This document shows, in pieces, positions 1 through 8,740 of a stretch of DNA of 64,000 nt. Position 1 is the stretch's first letter; every line of letters begins with the position of its first letter. Both the position numbers and the translations under genes were made by a program. A model generated the notes under the pieces. It searched no databases. It was not told the DNA's origin and saw nothing but the letters and a program-made list of their open reading frames with translations. Origin of the DNA: Escherichia coli (GTDB lineage Bacteria; Pseudomonadota; Gammaproteobacteria; Enterobacterales; Enterobacteriaceae); NCBI RefSeq assembly GCF_965641715.1, contig NZ_OZ282455.1. The stretch is one strand, 5' to 3'.

Positions 1-79
1 TAAGGCCGCGCAGCCCGAGCCTCAGCCGCAACCGCCGGAGGGGGAGGATTACGGGTTTTCAGACGATATCCCGTTCTGA
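1..79 (+). CDS. ssb: single-stranded DNA-binding protein, 3' end only (partial)
   Basis: Frame ending at the TGA at 77-79 translates ...PEPQPQPPEGEDYGFSDDIPF*, the Pro/Gln-rich tail and acidic DDIPF tip typical of SSB C-termini; position matches plasmid leading-region order ssb-psiB-psiA. Confidence 0.6.
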   Translation, partial: KAAQPEPQPQPPEGEDYGFSDDIPF

Positions 80-97
80 CTGGCCTGACTGTGATAA

Positions 98-370
<273 letters not shown>

Positions 371-428
371 GAGAGGTGCCGGACGCGCGAACGTCCGGCA
401 GGACATAAGCAATTATAAGGGGATGATT

Positions 429-2387
429 ATGCCTGTAACGAAGTGTGAACCAGAAACCACCCGCAAAGCAAGCCGTAAATCTGCAAAAACGCAGGAAACA
501 GTCCTGTCTGCCCTGCTGGCGCAGACGGAGGAAGTGAGCGTGCCGCTGGCCTCACTGATTAAGTCACCGCTGAATGTGCGCACGGTGCCGTATTCTGCGG
601 AGTCCGTCAGCGAACTGGCAGGGTCCATTCAGGGCGTCGGACTGCTGCAGAATCTGGTCGTGCATACCCTGCCTGGTGAGCGCTACGGTGTCGCCGCAGG
701 TGGTCGCAGACTGGCAGCACTCAATATGCTGGCTGAGCGTGGAATCATTCCGGCTGACTGGCCTGTCCGCGTGAAAATTATTCCGCAGGAACTGGCGACG
801 GCTGCATCGATGACCGAGAACGGTCATCGCCGGGATATGCACCCTGCCGAACAGATTGCCGGATTCCGCGCAATGGCGCAGGAAGGCAAAACAGCGGCAC
901 AAATCGGTGATTTGCTGGGCTATTCACCCCGCCACGTTCAGCGAATGCTGAAACTGGCAGACCTTGCGCCTGTCATCCTTGATGCGCTGGCAGAAGACCG
1001 CATCACCACAGAGCACTGTCAGGCGCTGGCGCTGGAGAACGACACCGCGCGTCAGGTGCAGGTGTTTGAAGCTGCCTGTCAGTCGGGATGGGGCGGAAAA
1101 CCGGAAGTACAGACCATTCGTCGTCTGGTGACCGAAAGTGAAGTGGCGGTGGCGGGGAACACTAAATTCCGCTTCGTGGGGGCTGATGCCTTCTCGCCAG
1201 ATGAACTGCGCACTGATTTGTTCAGCGACGATGAGGGTGGCTATGTGGACTGTGTTGCGCTCGATGCCGCCCTGCTGGAAAAACTCCAGGCTGTTGCAGA
1301 GTACCTTCGGGAAGCTGAGGGCTGGGGATGGTGTGCCGGACGCATGGAGGCCGTTGGTGAGTGCCGTGAAGATGCCCAGGCATACCGCAACCTGCCGCAG
1401 CCGGAAGCAGTGCTGACGGAGGCGGAAGAAGAACGCCTGAACGAACTGATGGCACGTTACGACGCACTGGAAAACCAGTGTGAGGAATCTGACCTGCTGG
1501 AAGCAGAAATGAAGCTGATGCGCTGCATGGCGAAGGTCAGAGCGTGGACGCCGGAGATGCGTGCCGGAAGCGGTGTGGTGGTGTCCTGGCGTTATGGCAA
1601 CGTGTGTGTCCAGCGTGGTGTGCAGTTGCGCAGCGAGGATGACGTGGCTGACGACGCTGACCGCACGGAACAGATGCAGGAGAAAGCGTCAGTGGAGGAA
1701 ATCAGTCTGCCACTGCTGACGAAAATGTCTTCCGAACGCACGCTGGCAGTCCAGGCGGCACTCATGCAGCAACCGGACAAATCTCTGGCACTGCTGGCAT
1801 GGACGCTCTGCCTGAATGTGTTTGGCAGCGGGGCGTACAGTAGTCCCGCCAGAATTTACCTGGAATGTGGGCATTACTCACTGACCAGCGCTGCGCCGTC
1901 AGGGAAGGAAGGTACCGCATTCATGGCGCTGATGGCAGAGCACTTTCGCCTTGCTGCCCTGCTGCCGGATGAATGGGAACGGGACATGACGACGTTCCTG
2001 TCACTCAGCCAGGAGGTGCTGTTATCCCTGCTCAGTTTCTGCACTGCATGCAGCATCCACGGCGTTCAGACCCGTGAGTGTGGTCACACGTCACGCAGTC
2101 CGCTGGACTCGCTGGAAACCGCCATCGGCTTTCACATGCGCGACTGGTGGCAGCCGACAAAAGCAAACTTCTTCGGACACCTGAAAAAGCCGCAGATTAT
2201 CGCAGCCCTGAATGAGGCAGGACTGTCCGGTGCCGCACGGGACGCGGAGAAGATGAAGAAAGGTGATGCGGCTGAACATGCAGAGCACCATATGAAAGAC
2301 AACCGCTGGGTTCCAGGCTGGATGTGTGCACCACATCCACAGACAGATGCCACTGAACGCACCGATAACCTGGCTGATGCCGCCTGA
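429..2387 (+). CDS. ParB-like nuclease domain protein (leading-region, 652 aa)
   Basis: Long ORF; N-terminal region has ParB/Srx-like signature (LQNLVVH...GERY.VAAGGRRLAAL); AAGGGG RBS 6 nt before the ATG at 429; lies upstream of psiB as in IncF/IncI leading regions. Confidence 0.8.
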   Translation: MPVTKCEPETTRKASRKSAKTQETVLSALLAQTEEVSVPLASLIKSPLNVRTVPYSAESVSELAGSIQGVGLLQNLVVHTLPGERYGVAAGGRRLAALNMLAERGIIPADWPVRVKIIPQELATAASMTENGHRRDMHPAEQIAGFRAMAQEGKTAAQIGDLLGYSPRHVQRMLKLADLAPVILDALAEDRITTEHCQALALENDTARQVQVFEAACQSGWGGKPEVQTIRRLVTESEVAVAGNTKFRFVGADAFSPDELRTDLFSDDEGGYVDCVALDAALLEKLQAVAEYLREAEGWGWCAGRMEAVGECREDAQAYRNLPQPEAVLTEAEEERLNELMARYDALENQCEESDLLEAEMKLMRCMAKVRAWTPEMRAGSGVVVSWRYGNVCVQRGVQLRSEDDVADDADRTEQMQEKASVEEISLPLLTKMSSERTLAVQAALMQQPDKSLALLAWTLCLNVFGSGAYSSPARIYLECGHYSLTSAAPSGKEGTAFMALMAEHFRLAALLPDEWERDMTTFLSLSQEVLLSLLSFCTACSIHGVQTRECGHTSRSPLDSLETAIGFHMRDWWQPTKANFFGHLKKPQIIAALNEAGLSGAARDAEKMKKGDAAEHAEHHMKDNRWVPGWMCAPHPQTDATERTDNLADAA

Positions 2388-2441
2388 TGAACAACCACAC
2401 CGCCCCGCCGGAGACGGGGCGGCAGCAAGGGAGATACCGTG

Positions 2442-2876
2442 ATGAAAACTGAACTGACCCTGAATGCCCTGCAGTCCATGAACGCACAGGAATATGAAGA
2501 TATCCGTGCTGCGGGAAGCGATATGCGCCGTAATCTCACTCACGAGGTGATGCGTGAAGTGGACGCACCGGCTAACTGGATGATGAATGGCGAGTATGGC
2601 AGTGAGTTCGGGGGCTTTTTCCCCGTCCAGGTTCGTTTCACGCCAGCCCACGAACGTTTCCACCTGGCATTATGTTCGCCGGGAGACGTCTCTCAGCTCT
2701 GGATGCTGGTTCTGGTGAATTGTGGTGGACAGCCTTTCGCCGTCGTTCAGGTGCAACATATCTTCACGCCTGTCGCTATCAGTCACACGCTGGCGCTTGC
2801 CGCGACACTTGATGCGCAGGGGTACAGTGTTAACGACATCATCCATATCCTGATGGCAGAAGGAGGTCAGGCATGA
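2442..2876 (+). CDS. psiB: plasmid SOS inhibition protein PsiB
   Basis: 144-aa product [27 protein letters not shown]...ILMAEGGQA matches my recollection of PsiB along its length; stop overlaps psiA start. Confidence 0.9.
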   Translation: MKTELTLNALQSMNAQEYEDIRAAGSDMRRNLTHEVMREVDAPANWMMNGEYGSEFGGFFPVQVRFTPAHERFHLALCSPGDVSQLWMLVLVNCGGQPFAVVQVQHIFTPVAISHTLALAATLDAQGYSVNDIIHILMAEGGQA

Positions 2877-3592
2877 GCGCACGTTCACGGGCACTGATCC
2901 CCCTCAGCGCAGAGCAACAGGCCGCCATGCAGGCTGTGGCTGTCACCGAACAACGTCGTCGTCAGGGACGCACACTTTCAGCATGGCCTTATGCCAGCGC
3001 TTTCTTTCGCTGCCTGAATGGCAGTCGCCGGATTTCGCTGACCGATCTCCGCTTTTTTGCTCCTGCGCTGACGAAGGAGGAATTTCATGGCAACCGTCTC
3101 CTGTGGCTGGCTGCCGTGGATAAACTGATTGAAAGTTTTGGTGAAGTCTGTGTTCTTCCCCTGCCATCCGATGCGGGGCATCGTCTGTTCCCGTCCGTTC
3201 CTTTTCGTGAAGGTGAGCGGCGTCGTCAGAAAACCACGCTGACAGAGCAGAAATACAGCCGCCAGCGGGAACGTGAGGCAGAACGACGGGAACTGGAATA
3301 CCAGACATGTTTTGCTCAGGCGCAGATTGACCTTGCGTTTCATACTCCCGCCACGGTCGGAAGCTGGTTGTCCCGCTGGTCTGGTGTTGTTGAGGAGCAT
3401 GATCTGGAAACGATTTTCTGGGGGTGGTGCGGGCGTTTTCCATCACTGTCATCATTTGACCGGTTTTTCTGGCAGGAGGAACCACTCTGGCGGCTGATTT
3501 TTGAAGCCGGTGAGGCCGGTCGTGGTGCACCGGTACAGGTACGTGCACTTGAGCAGTGGATGATCCCGAACAAGCTGGAGAACGCAATATGA
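2873..3592 (+). CDS. psiA: plasmid SOS inhibition protein PsiA
   Basis: 239-aa ORF immediately after psiB with ATGA overlap; size and position as in F/IncI psiB-psiA operon. Confidence 0.8.
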   Translation: MSARSRALIPLSAEQQAAMQAVAVTEQRRRQGRTLSAWPYASAFFRCLNGSRRISLTDLRFFAPALTKEEFHGNRLLWLAAVDKLIESFGEVCVLPLPSDAGHRLFPSVPFREGERRRQKTTLTEQKYSRQREREAERRELEYQTCFAQAQIDLAFHTPATVGSWLSRWSGVVEEHDLETIFWGWCGRFPSLSSFDRFFWQEEPLWRLIFEAGEAGRGAPVQVRALEQWMIPNKLENAI

Positions 3593-4185
3593 TGAAATCA
3601 GACGAACAATATCACGTTCCCGTGTGGATGCGACCTCTGTTGCCGTTGCTCTGCAATACCGGTGGTAATGATCCGGAGGAACTGCTGAATGATACAGAAA
3701 CCACCGCCAGTGCGAATATTGTCCGTTATGTACTGATAGTTGCAGTGCGGTCGCAGATTGATCTGCTGCAGCTACTGTACAGGAAAGGACTGTTGCGCAC
3801 AGAGATACCAGGTGGCTTTTCACCGGAAGAAGCGCAGGAACTCCTGGATAATCTGGTGCGCAGCCATATCAGCAAGGCGCTGTCGGGTGAGCGAATGGCA
3901 GCCCGTGACAGAAATGCCGATCTGACCTGGATTCGCCAGCAACTGGTCGATGCCGCCTGGTTTGTCCGTGCCACACTGGAAGCGCATGGGATGGGCGTCG
4001 GAAATGAGAGTCCCTCTGCTCCGCCGGAGACAATGCCGGACATACAGACACGGGAACTGGTTATGTTGATCAAGCGACTGGCATCATCGCTGAAAGCGGT
4101 GAAACCCGACAGTAGCGTGGTGCGTGAAGCGCAGGACTGGCTGTGCGACAGAAAACTTGTGGATATCACAGATATTCTCCGGTGA
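3589..4185 (+). CDS. hypothetical protein, translationally coupled to psiA
   Basis: ORF whose ATG overlaps the psiA stop (ATGATG); no family recognised. Confidence 0.55.
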   Translation: MMKSDEQYHVPVWMRPLLPLLCNTGGNDPEELLNDTETTASANIVRYVLIVAVRSQIDLLQLLYRKGLLRTEIPGGFSPEEAQELLDNLVRSHISKALSGERMAARDRNADLTWIRQQLVDAAWFVRATLEAHGMGVGNESPSAPPETMPDIQTRELVMLIKRLASSLKAVKPDSSVVREAQDWLCDRKLVDITDILR

Positions 4186-4199
4186 ACCAGACATGTATA

Positions 4200-4647
4200 T
4201 TTTACGCAGGGACACGCCGATCATGATCGTTTCATATCAGGGGTGGTCTGGAGGTCATGCGGCGTGTCCTCTGCACTCGCCGGAATAAGGAAGTCGCCGG
4301 CGGCTCCGCTTTTACCCGGCCATGCGGGGCATGGCCTTGTGGGTTTTCAGCTCTGTGGCCTCAGCGTCGTGTGCGGGCTGTGCCGTGCCTCCATCTTAGC
4401 CGGGCTGGCAGGGATGCAAGGGTACGCTTCGCCGCTGCGGTCACCCGGTCCCTCCTTCCCGTCTGCCGTGATTTTCCGGTCGTTCACCCGCTCAGATTTC
4501 GCGGTCTCACCCTCCAACTCCCGCCAGCCGTGTGCGTCAGGCTGCGGCTTCCCTTGCGCCCTGTGCATCCCCGCCTTATCGCCCGGCTTTTATGGAGGCA
4601 CGGCACCGCCCGGTGCCGCAGAACATGTGACTATGGAGGATTCGGGA
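4200..4647. promoter_or_regulatory. GC-rich structured leader upstream of ardA; candidate single-strand promoter region
   Basis: Roughly 450 bp of GC-rich sequence with no convincing coding signal (it only appears as an in-frame extension of the ardA ORF); inference from the known ssDNA-promoter arrangement upstream of leading-region genes. Confidence 0.3.
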
Positions 4648-5148
4648 ATGTCTGTTGTTGCACCTGCTGTATACGTTGGAACCTGGCACAAATACAACTG
4701 TGGAAGTATCGCCGGACGCTGGTTTGACCTGACCACGTTTGATGATGAGCGCGACTTTTTCGCCGCCTGCCGTGCTCTTCACCAGGATGAAGCCGATCCT
4801 GAACTGATGTTTCAGGATTATGAGGGATTCCCGGGGAATATGGCCTCTGAATGCCATATCAACTGGGCCTGGGTTGAAGGCTTCCGCCGGGCACGGGATG
4901 AAGGCTGCGAAGAGGCTTATCGTCTCTGGGTGGATGATACCGGTGAGACGGATTTTGACACCTTCCGCGATGCCTGGTGGGGCGAGGCTGACAGTGAGTA
5001 GGCTTTTGCGGTTGAGTTCGTCAGTGATACCGGCCTGCTGGCTGACGTGCCGGAGACGGTGGCGCTCTATTTTGACTATGAGGCGTATGCGCGGGATTTA
5101 TTCCTGGACTCCTTCACCTTTATTGACGGTCATGTGTTCCGTCGGTGA
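4648..5148 (+). pseudogene. ardA: antirestriction protein ArdA interrupted by an in-frame amber codon at codon 118 (4999-5001)
   Basis: [33 protein letters not shown]... matches remembered ArdA; ORF stops at TAG 4999-5001 but the same frame continues AFAVEFVSDTGLLADVPETVALYFDYEAYARDLFLDSFTFIDGHVFRR* to 5148, giving the 166-aa ArdA length if the TAG were CAG. Confidence 0.8.
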
Positions 5149-5496
5149 TTTACTCCCCCGCTCCGGCGGGGGTATGGCCTGCCAGGCCGCCGGAAAACCC
5201 TGGCAGGCTTACGCCTGCCTGAAATGCAGGAGGGCCGCGCCTGCGGCGCTGCCCTTCCTGCCCGTCATGGTGTGAGGCATTTTTCTGTTATGTCGTTTCT
5301 GTTGTTCTGATTTCCGGAGGCGGGGACACCTTCGGCTCCCGGCTGCCTGGCGGCATCCGGTCGTCAGGCCCGACTCCGACAGGCAGCTGCTGGCGCACCC
5401 GCCAGTCTCCGCCGAACCCGCTGGCGCGGTTTCGGGCTGCCGCTACGGTCCGATGTCTGAAAAACCAGGCTTGCAGCGACCGTTCCGGTCGCGCCG

Positions 5497-5860
5497 CCCC
5501 TGTCGCGCCGGAAACGGCGCTCCCTGCACACCTGACGGTGTGTAAGGCCACTGCGCCTGATGGCGCAGTCAACCCTTCCGCCGCCACCCCTGCGGCCTGT
5601 TTCCCGCTGTGGACTTTCCGGGGGCTGGAGTAACCACATCCCGTTTCAGCAGTCTAGGGGAAGATATACCGTCCACAAAATTTTTAGCCATAAACCCGGC
5701 AAAAAATTTTGCGTCCGCCCCCGGACAGCTGCCCCGTGACGTGGTGACGGACGCCCCATCGGAAAGGTCCACTGCGGGGAGAAACCCCGAAGAAGTGGAC
5801 GGCAGAAGGGGCTTTCGCCCCTCCGGGGAGCAACCGGTCGGCCCGGCGACCTGATTCAGC
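5497..5860 (+). repeat. Frpo-like structured repeat, copy 1 (candidate ssDNA promoter)
   Basis: About 360 bp highly similar to 8372-8725; contains inverted repeats CACACC..GGTGTG and CTGCGCC..GGCGCAG; sits directly upstream of an ORF start. Confidence 0.6.
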
Positions 5861-5876
5861 AGAAGGAGACGTTTTC

Positions 5877-6311
5877 ATGACAGTCAGCAGCACGATTTCC
5901 GTTTTTTGCCGCGACGGGGTGTTCCGTACCGTTTACTGCCACCTGCACGGGGAGCCGACCTGGAACGGTCGCATCCTGCATACCCACTATGCCACCGGTC
6001 AGCAGGCCGAAGCCCTGGTTGAACACGGTGATATCCGTTGCCTCGGTCCCCGTTGCGACAAACCCGCCGGGCATACGCTTCAGAACCCGGTGGACGGTGT
6101 GACGGCTTATTACGGACGTGACAGTGGTTTCCGGATGGACAGTGAGGCGCGTGAGTACCGTTCTTTCAGGGAGGCTATTGCCACTGAAAGCACTGAAGAG
6201 GTGCGCTTCCATTATGTGTTCATCGACGGCTACTGGAAGGTGATGTACCGCACGCCGGAAGGCTGGAAGATGAAAGCGCTCGCGCTGGCACTGCGTCGCT
6301 GTCCGAAATGA
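5877..6311 (+). CDS. hypothetical protein (144 aa) downstream of Frpo-like repeat 1
   Basis: Clean ORF with GGAGA RBS; no family recognised. Confidence 0.6.
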   Translation: MTVSSTISVFCRDGVFRTVYCHLHGEPTWNGRILHTHYATGQQAEALVEHGDIRCLGPRCDKPAGHTLQNPVDGVTAYYGRDSGFRMDSEAREYRSFREAIATESTEEVRFHYVFIDGYWKVMYRTPEGWKMKALALALRRCPK

Positions 6312-6317
6312 AAAAAA

Positions 6318-6338
6318 GGCAGGGCGATAAACCCTGCC
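6318..6338 (+). terminator. hairpin after orf144 (weak terminator candidate)
   Basis: GGCAGGG-CGATAAA-CCCTGCC stem-loop preceded by an A-run; no strong T-tract on plus strand. Confidence 0.3.
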
Positions 6339-6404
6339 TCTCTCCGCCGGCGCTTCCCCGCCAGGAAGTCCGGCATCTCAATCACTATCTATGGAGATTA
6401 TGCC

Positions 6405-6671
6405 ATGAGACCATCAATTATCTTCGCAACCGCCGAGTATGTAAAGCGTCTGCGTGAAGAGTGCCTGCGGGAGAATAAACCCCTGCACCGCCATACCCGC
6501 TTCAGACGTCAGGAGCTGGCACAGGATGAGATTAACCCGGACGTCCTGGCGATGAGCGGCCATATCGCCAGACGCTGCAGTGAGCAGAAGCGGGTGCGTA
6601 TCCCCGCTATGAAAGTCAGCGAATGGGGCCACCTGCTCCGCGCGCTTGAAATTGAGCGGGTCTGCCACTGA
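6405..6671 (+). CDS. hypothetical protein (88 aa)
   Basis: ORF preceded by GGAGA; basic, no family recognised. Confidence 0.4.
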   Translation: MRPSIIFATAEYVKRLREECLRENKPLHRHTRFRRQELAQDEINPDVLAMSGHIARRCSEQKRVRIPAMKVSEWGHLLRALEIERVCH

Positions 6672-6735
6672 TTAACCCTTGCCGTCTGCCTGTGCAGGCG
6701 GCAGGATACGTTCAGACATCTCACCAGGAGGAACC

Positions 6736-7662
6736 GTGAGTAAGAAGAAAACCACCACGACGCCCACGCCGCATGATGCCGCGTTCCGGTCGTTCCTGGC
6801 GAATCCCGACGTCGCCAGAGATTTTCTGGAACTGCATCTTCCGGCGGAGTACCGGCAGTTGTGCGACCTGTCCACGCTGAAGCTGGAACCCGCCACCTTT
6901 GTTGAGCCGGACCTGCATCAGTACGCCAGCGATATCCTCTGGAGTGTGAAAACCACCGGGGGTGAAGATGGCTATGTTTATACGCTCATCGAGCACCAGA
7001 GCACCGAAAATCTGTACATGCCTTTCCGCATGTTACGTTACAGTGTGGCGGCGATGCAGAGACATCTGGAGCAGCACAAAACGTTGCCACTGGTCATTCC
7101 GGTGCTGTTCTATCACGGTGAGCGCAGCCCGTACCCGTACAGCATGAACTGGCTGGACTGTTTTGAGAATCCGGCGCTTGCGGCTAAAATATACACAAAG
7201 CCGTTTCCGCTGGTTGATATCACTGTCGTTGATGACAATGAAATCATGAACCATCGCCGGATGGCCGCACTGACGCTGCTGATGAAGCATATCCGCCATC
7301 GTGACATGATGGAGCTGCTGGACAAACTCCCGCAGGTCATGGTGGAAATTTCAGACGAGCAGGTGCGTGTTCTGATTCATTACATCGTTAACGCAGGGGA
7401 CTCTGTATCACCGGAATTTATGCGGGCGCTGGCTGAGCGTCTGCCGCAGCATGAGGATAAACTGATGACTATCGCAGAACGTCTTGAGCAAAAAGGTCGC
7501 CAGGAAGGCAGGATGGAAGGACGCATGGAAGGACGCATGGAAGGAGCGCTTGAAAAAGCCCTGGCTATTGCGTGCCAGCTTCAGAAAATGGGGATGACGC
7601 CGGAGCAGATTAAGCAGGCTACCGGACTTTCCGATGACGAACTGAAGAAAATCACTCACTGA
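6736..7662 (+). CDS. Rpn-family (YhgA-like, PD-(D/E)XK transposase_31) recombination-promoting nuclease
   Basis: HDAAFRSFL...LIEHQS...PLVIPVLFYHGE motif block typical of Rpn/YhgA-like proteins; GTG start after AGGAGG chosen; C-terminal tail carries GRMEG tandem repeat. Confidence 0.75.
   Translation: MSKKKTTTTPTPHDAAFRSFLANPDVARDFLELHLPAEYRQLCDLSTLKLEPATFVEPDLHQYASDILWSVKTTGGEDGYVYTLIEHQSTENLYMPFRMLRYSVAAMQRHLEQHKTLPLVIPVLFYHGERSPYPYSMNWLDCFENPALAAKIYTKPFPLVDITVVDDNEIMNHRRMAALTLLMKHIRHRDMMELLDKLPQVMVEISDEQVRVLIHYIVNAGDSVSPEFMRALAERLPQHEDKLMTIAERLEQKGRQEGRMEGRMEGRMEGALEKALAIACQLQKMGMTPEQIKQATGLSDDELKKITH
7495..7547 (+). repeat. 15-bp tandem repeat inside rpn encoding GRQEG-RMEG-RMEG-RMEG
   Basis: ggacgcatggaagga repeated in tandem; seen directly. 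Confidence 0.8.
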
Positions 7663-7671
7663 GTAAACATC

Positions 7672-7702
7672 ACAGCCCGGCAAAATGCCGGGCTTTTTTG
7701 TC
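7672..7702 (+). terminator. rho-independent terminator after rpn
   Basis: AGCCCGGC-AAAAT-GCCGGGCT hairpin followed by TTTTTTG. Confidence 0.75.
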
Positions 7703-7723
7703 AGCAGGAGCAGAGCAAACAGC

Positions 7724-7882
7724 ATGACGATTGCAGAACGTCTTATTCAAAAAGGCGCACTTGAAGTGGCGCGGGAAATAGCCTGCCGGCTGCGGGATAT
7801 GGGCTGGACGCCGGAACGGATTCAGGAGGCAACCGGACTTTCCGGTGAAGAACTGAAAAAGCTGTTTCCTGATGAGCAGTAG
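7724..7882 (+). CDS. standalone RpnS-like small protein (paralogue of the Rpn C-terminal tail)
   Basis: 52-aa product MTIAERLIQKG...TPERIQEATGLSGEELKK aligns with Rpn residues from the internal Met (MTIAERLEQKG...TPEQIKQATGLSDDELKK); DNA also visibly similar. Confidence 0.5.
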   Translation: MTIAERLIQKGALEVAREIACRLRDMGWTPERIQEATGLSGEELKKLFPDEQ

Positions 7883-7912
7883 CCTGGCATTCAGCCAGGC
7901 TGTGAATCACGC

Positions 7913-8164
7913 TCACACATCCTCTGCCGTTTCCCCCAGTTCATTTTCCAGTCGCCTGATGATATCTGCCTTACGCATCCCCTGCATGTGAGGCAGCAGG
8001 TCACGGACTGAAAGTGCCTGGGTGGTCCTCCAGACGGTGACGTCCACCTGTTCCGCATTTTCCCAGGCGTGCCATGTTCTCTGCGTCACGCCAAATTCTC
8101 TGGCCGCTTTTTCGCGTGACCAGAGCATGCTTTTTCGCCAGATTCGCAGTTCCCAGCCGGTCAT
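7913..8164 (-). CDS. XRE-type helix-turn-helix transcriptional regulator
   Basis: 83-aa ORF with WSREKAAREFGVTQRTWHAWEN helix-turn-helix-like segment; one of only two leading-region protein genes on the minus strand. Confidence 0.55.
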   Translation of the reverse strand: MTGWELRIWRKSMLWSREKAAREFGVTQRTWHAWENAEQVDVTVWRTTQALSVRDLLPHMQGMRKADIIRRLENELGETAEDV

Positions 8165-8179
8165 AAAACACCTTTAAAA

Positions 8180-8266
8180 AAGTGAAAAAACTTCACTTTA
8201 TTTTATCATCATAATCACCAAATTAACGCGATAAATAAGTGTGAAAAAGTGAAGAAATTTCACTTT
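8180..8266. promoter_or_regulatory. two palindromic operator-like sites (AGTGAA-N4/5-TTCACT) in the promoter region of the HTH gene
   Basis: Perfect inverted repeats at about 8181-8198 and 8248-8264 in an AT-rich region immediately upstream of the minus-strand HTH gene. Confidence 0.5.
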
Positions 8267-8371
8267 TTTTGCTTGTAAATGTCGTGCGGTTTTCTCTGTT
8301 TTCACCTGTGCGGGAGTGGTGTGCCAGTGACCACCACATGCCATTGTTGTGCCGTCGTTTTTCTTCAGTCG

Positions 8372-8725
8372 CGCCGTATGCGGCGCTCCCTGCACACCTT
8401 ACGGTGTGTAAGGCCACTGCGCCTGATGGCGCAGCTGTCTCTGCCTGTCTGCCGCCGCACTGCGGCCTGTTCTCCGCAGACGGACTTTCCGGGGGTACAT
8501 ACATGACCACATCCCGTTTCAGTCGTCCAGGGGAGAGATGTACCAGCCACAAAACTTTTTGCCGCAGGCGTCAAAAACTTTTGCGTCTGCCCCCGGACAA
8601 CTGCCCCGTGACGTGGTGAGCGTCCCCCGTCGGAAAGGTCCACTGCGGGGAAATCCCCGAAGACCCGGACGGCAGAAGGAGCTTCGCTCCTCCGGGAAAT
8701 GACCTGGCTGACCCGGCAGTCGTGA
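8372..8725 (+). repeat. Frpo-like structured repeat, copy 2 (candidate ssDNA promoter)
   Basis: Paralogous to 5497-5860 including the GCGCTCCCTGCACACCT.ACGGTGTGTAAGGCCACTGCGCCTGATGGCGCAG core; ends just before an ORF start. Confidence 0.6.
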
Positions 8726-8740
8726 CGATGAGGAGACAAT

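Noticed and set aside
2091-2663. 190-aa minus-strand ORF overlapping the ParB-like gene and psiB
   Set aside because: Antisense to two well-supported genes; no RBS.
4243-4647. N-terminal 135-codon extension of the ardA ORF in the six-frame track
   Set aside because: GC-rich, no RBS and no protein-like composition; ArdA begins at the MSVVAPA Met, so the extension is an untranslated structured leader.
5288-5893. Several 60-100-aa ORFs on both strands inside the Frpo-like repeat (also 8223-8739)
   Set aside because: They overlap each other in GC-rich hairpin-forming DNA duplicated as a non-coding repeat; most likely spurious.
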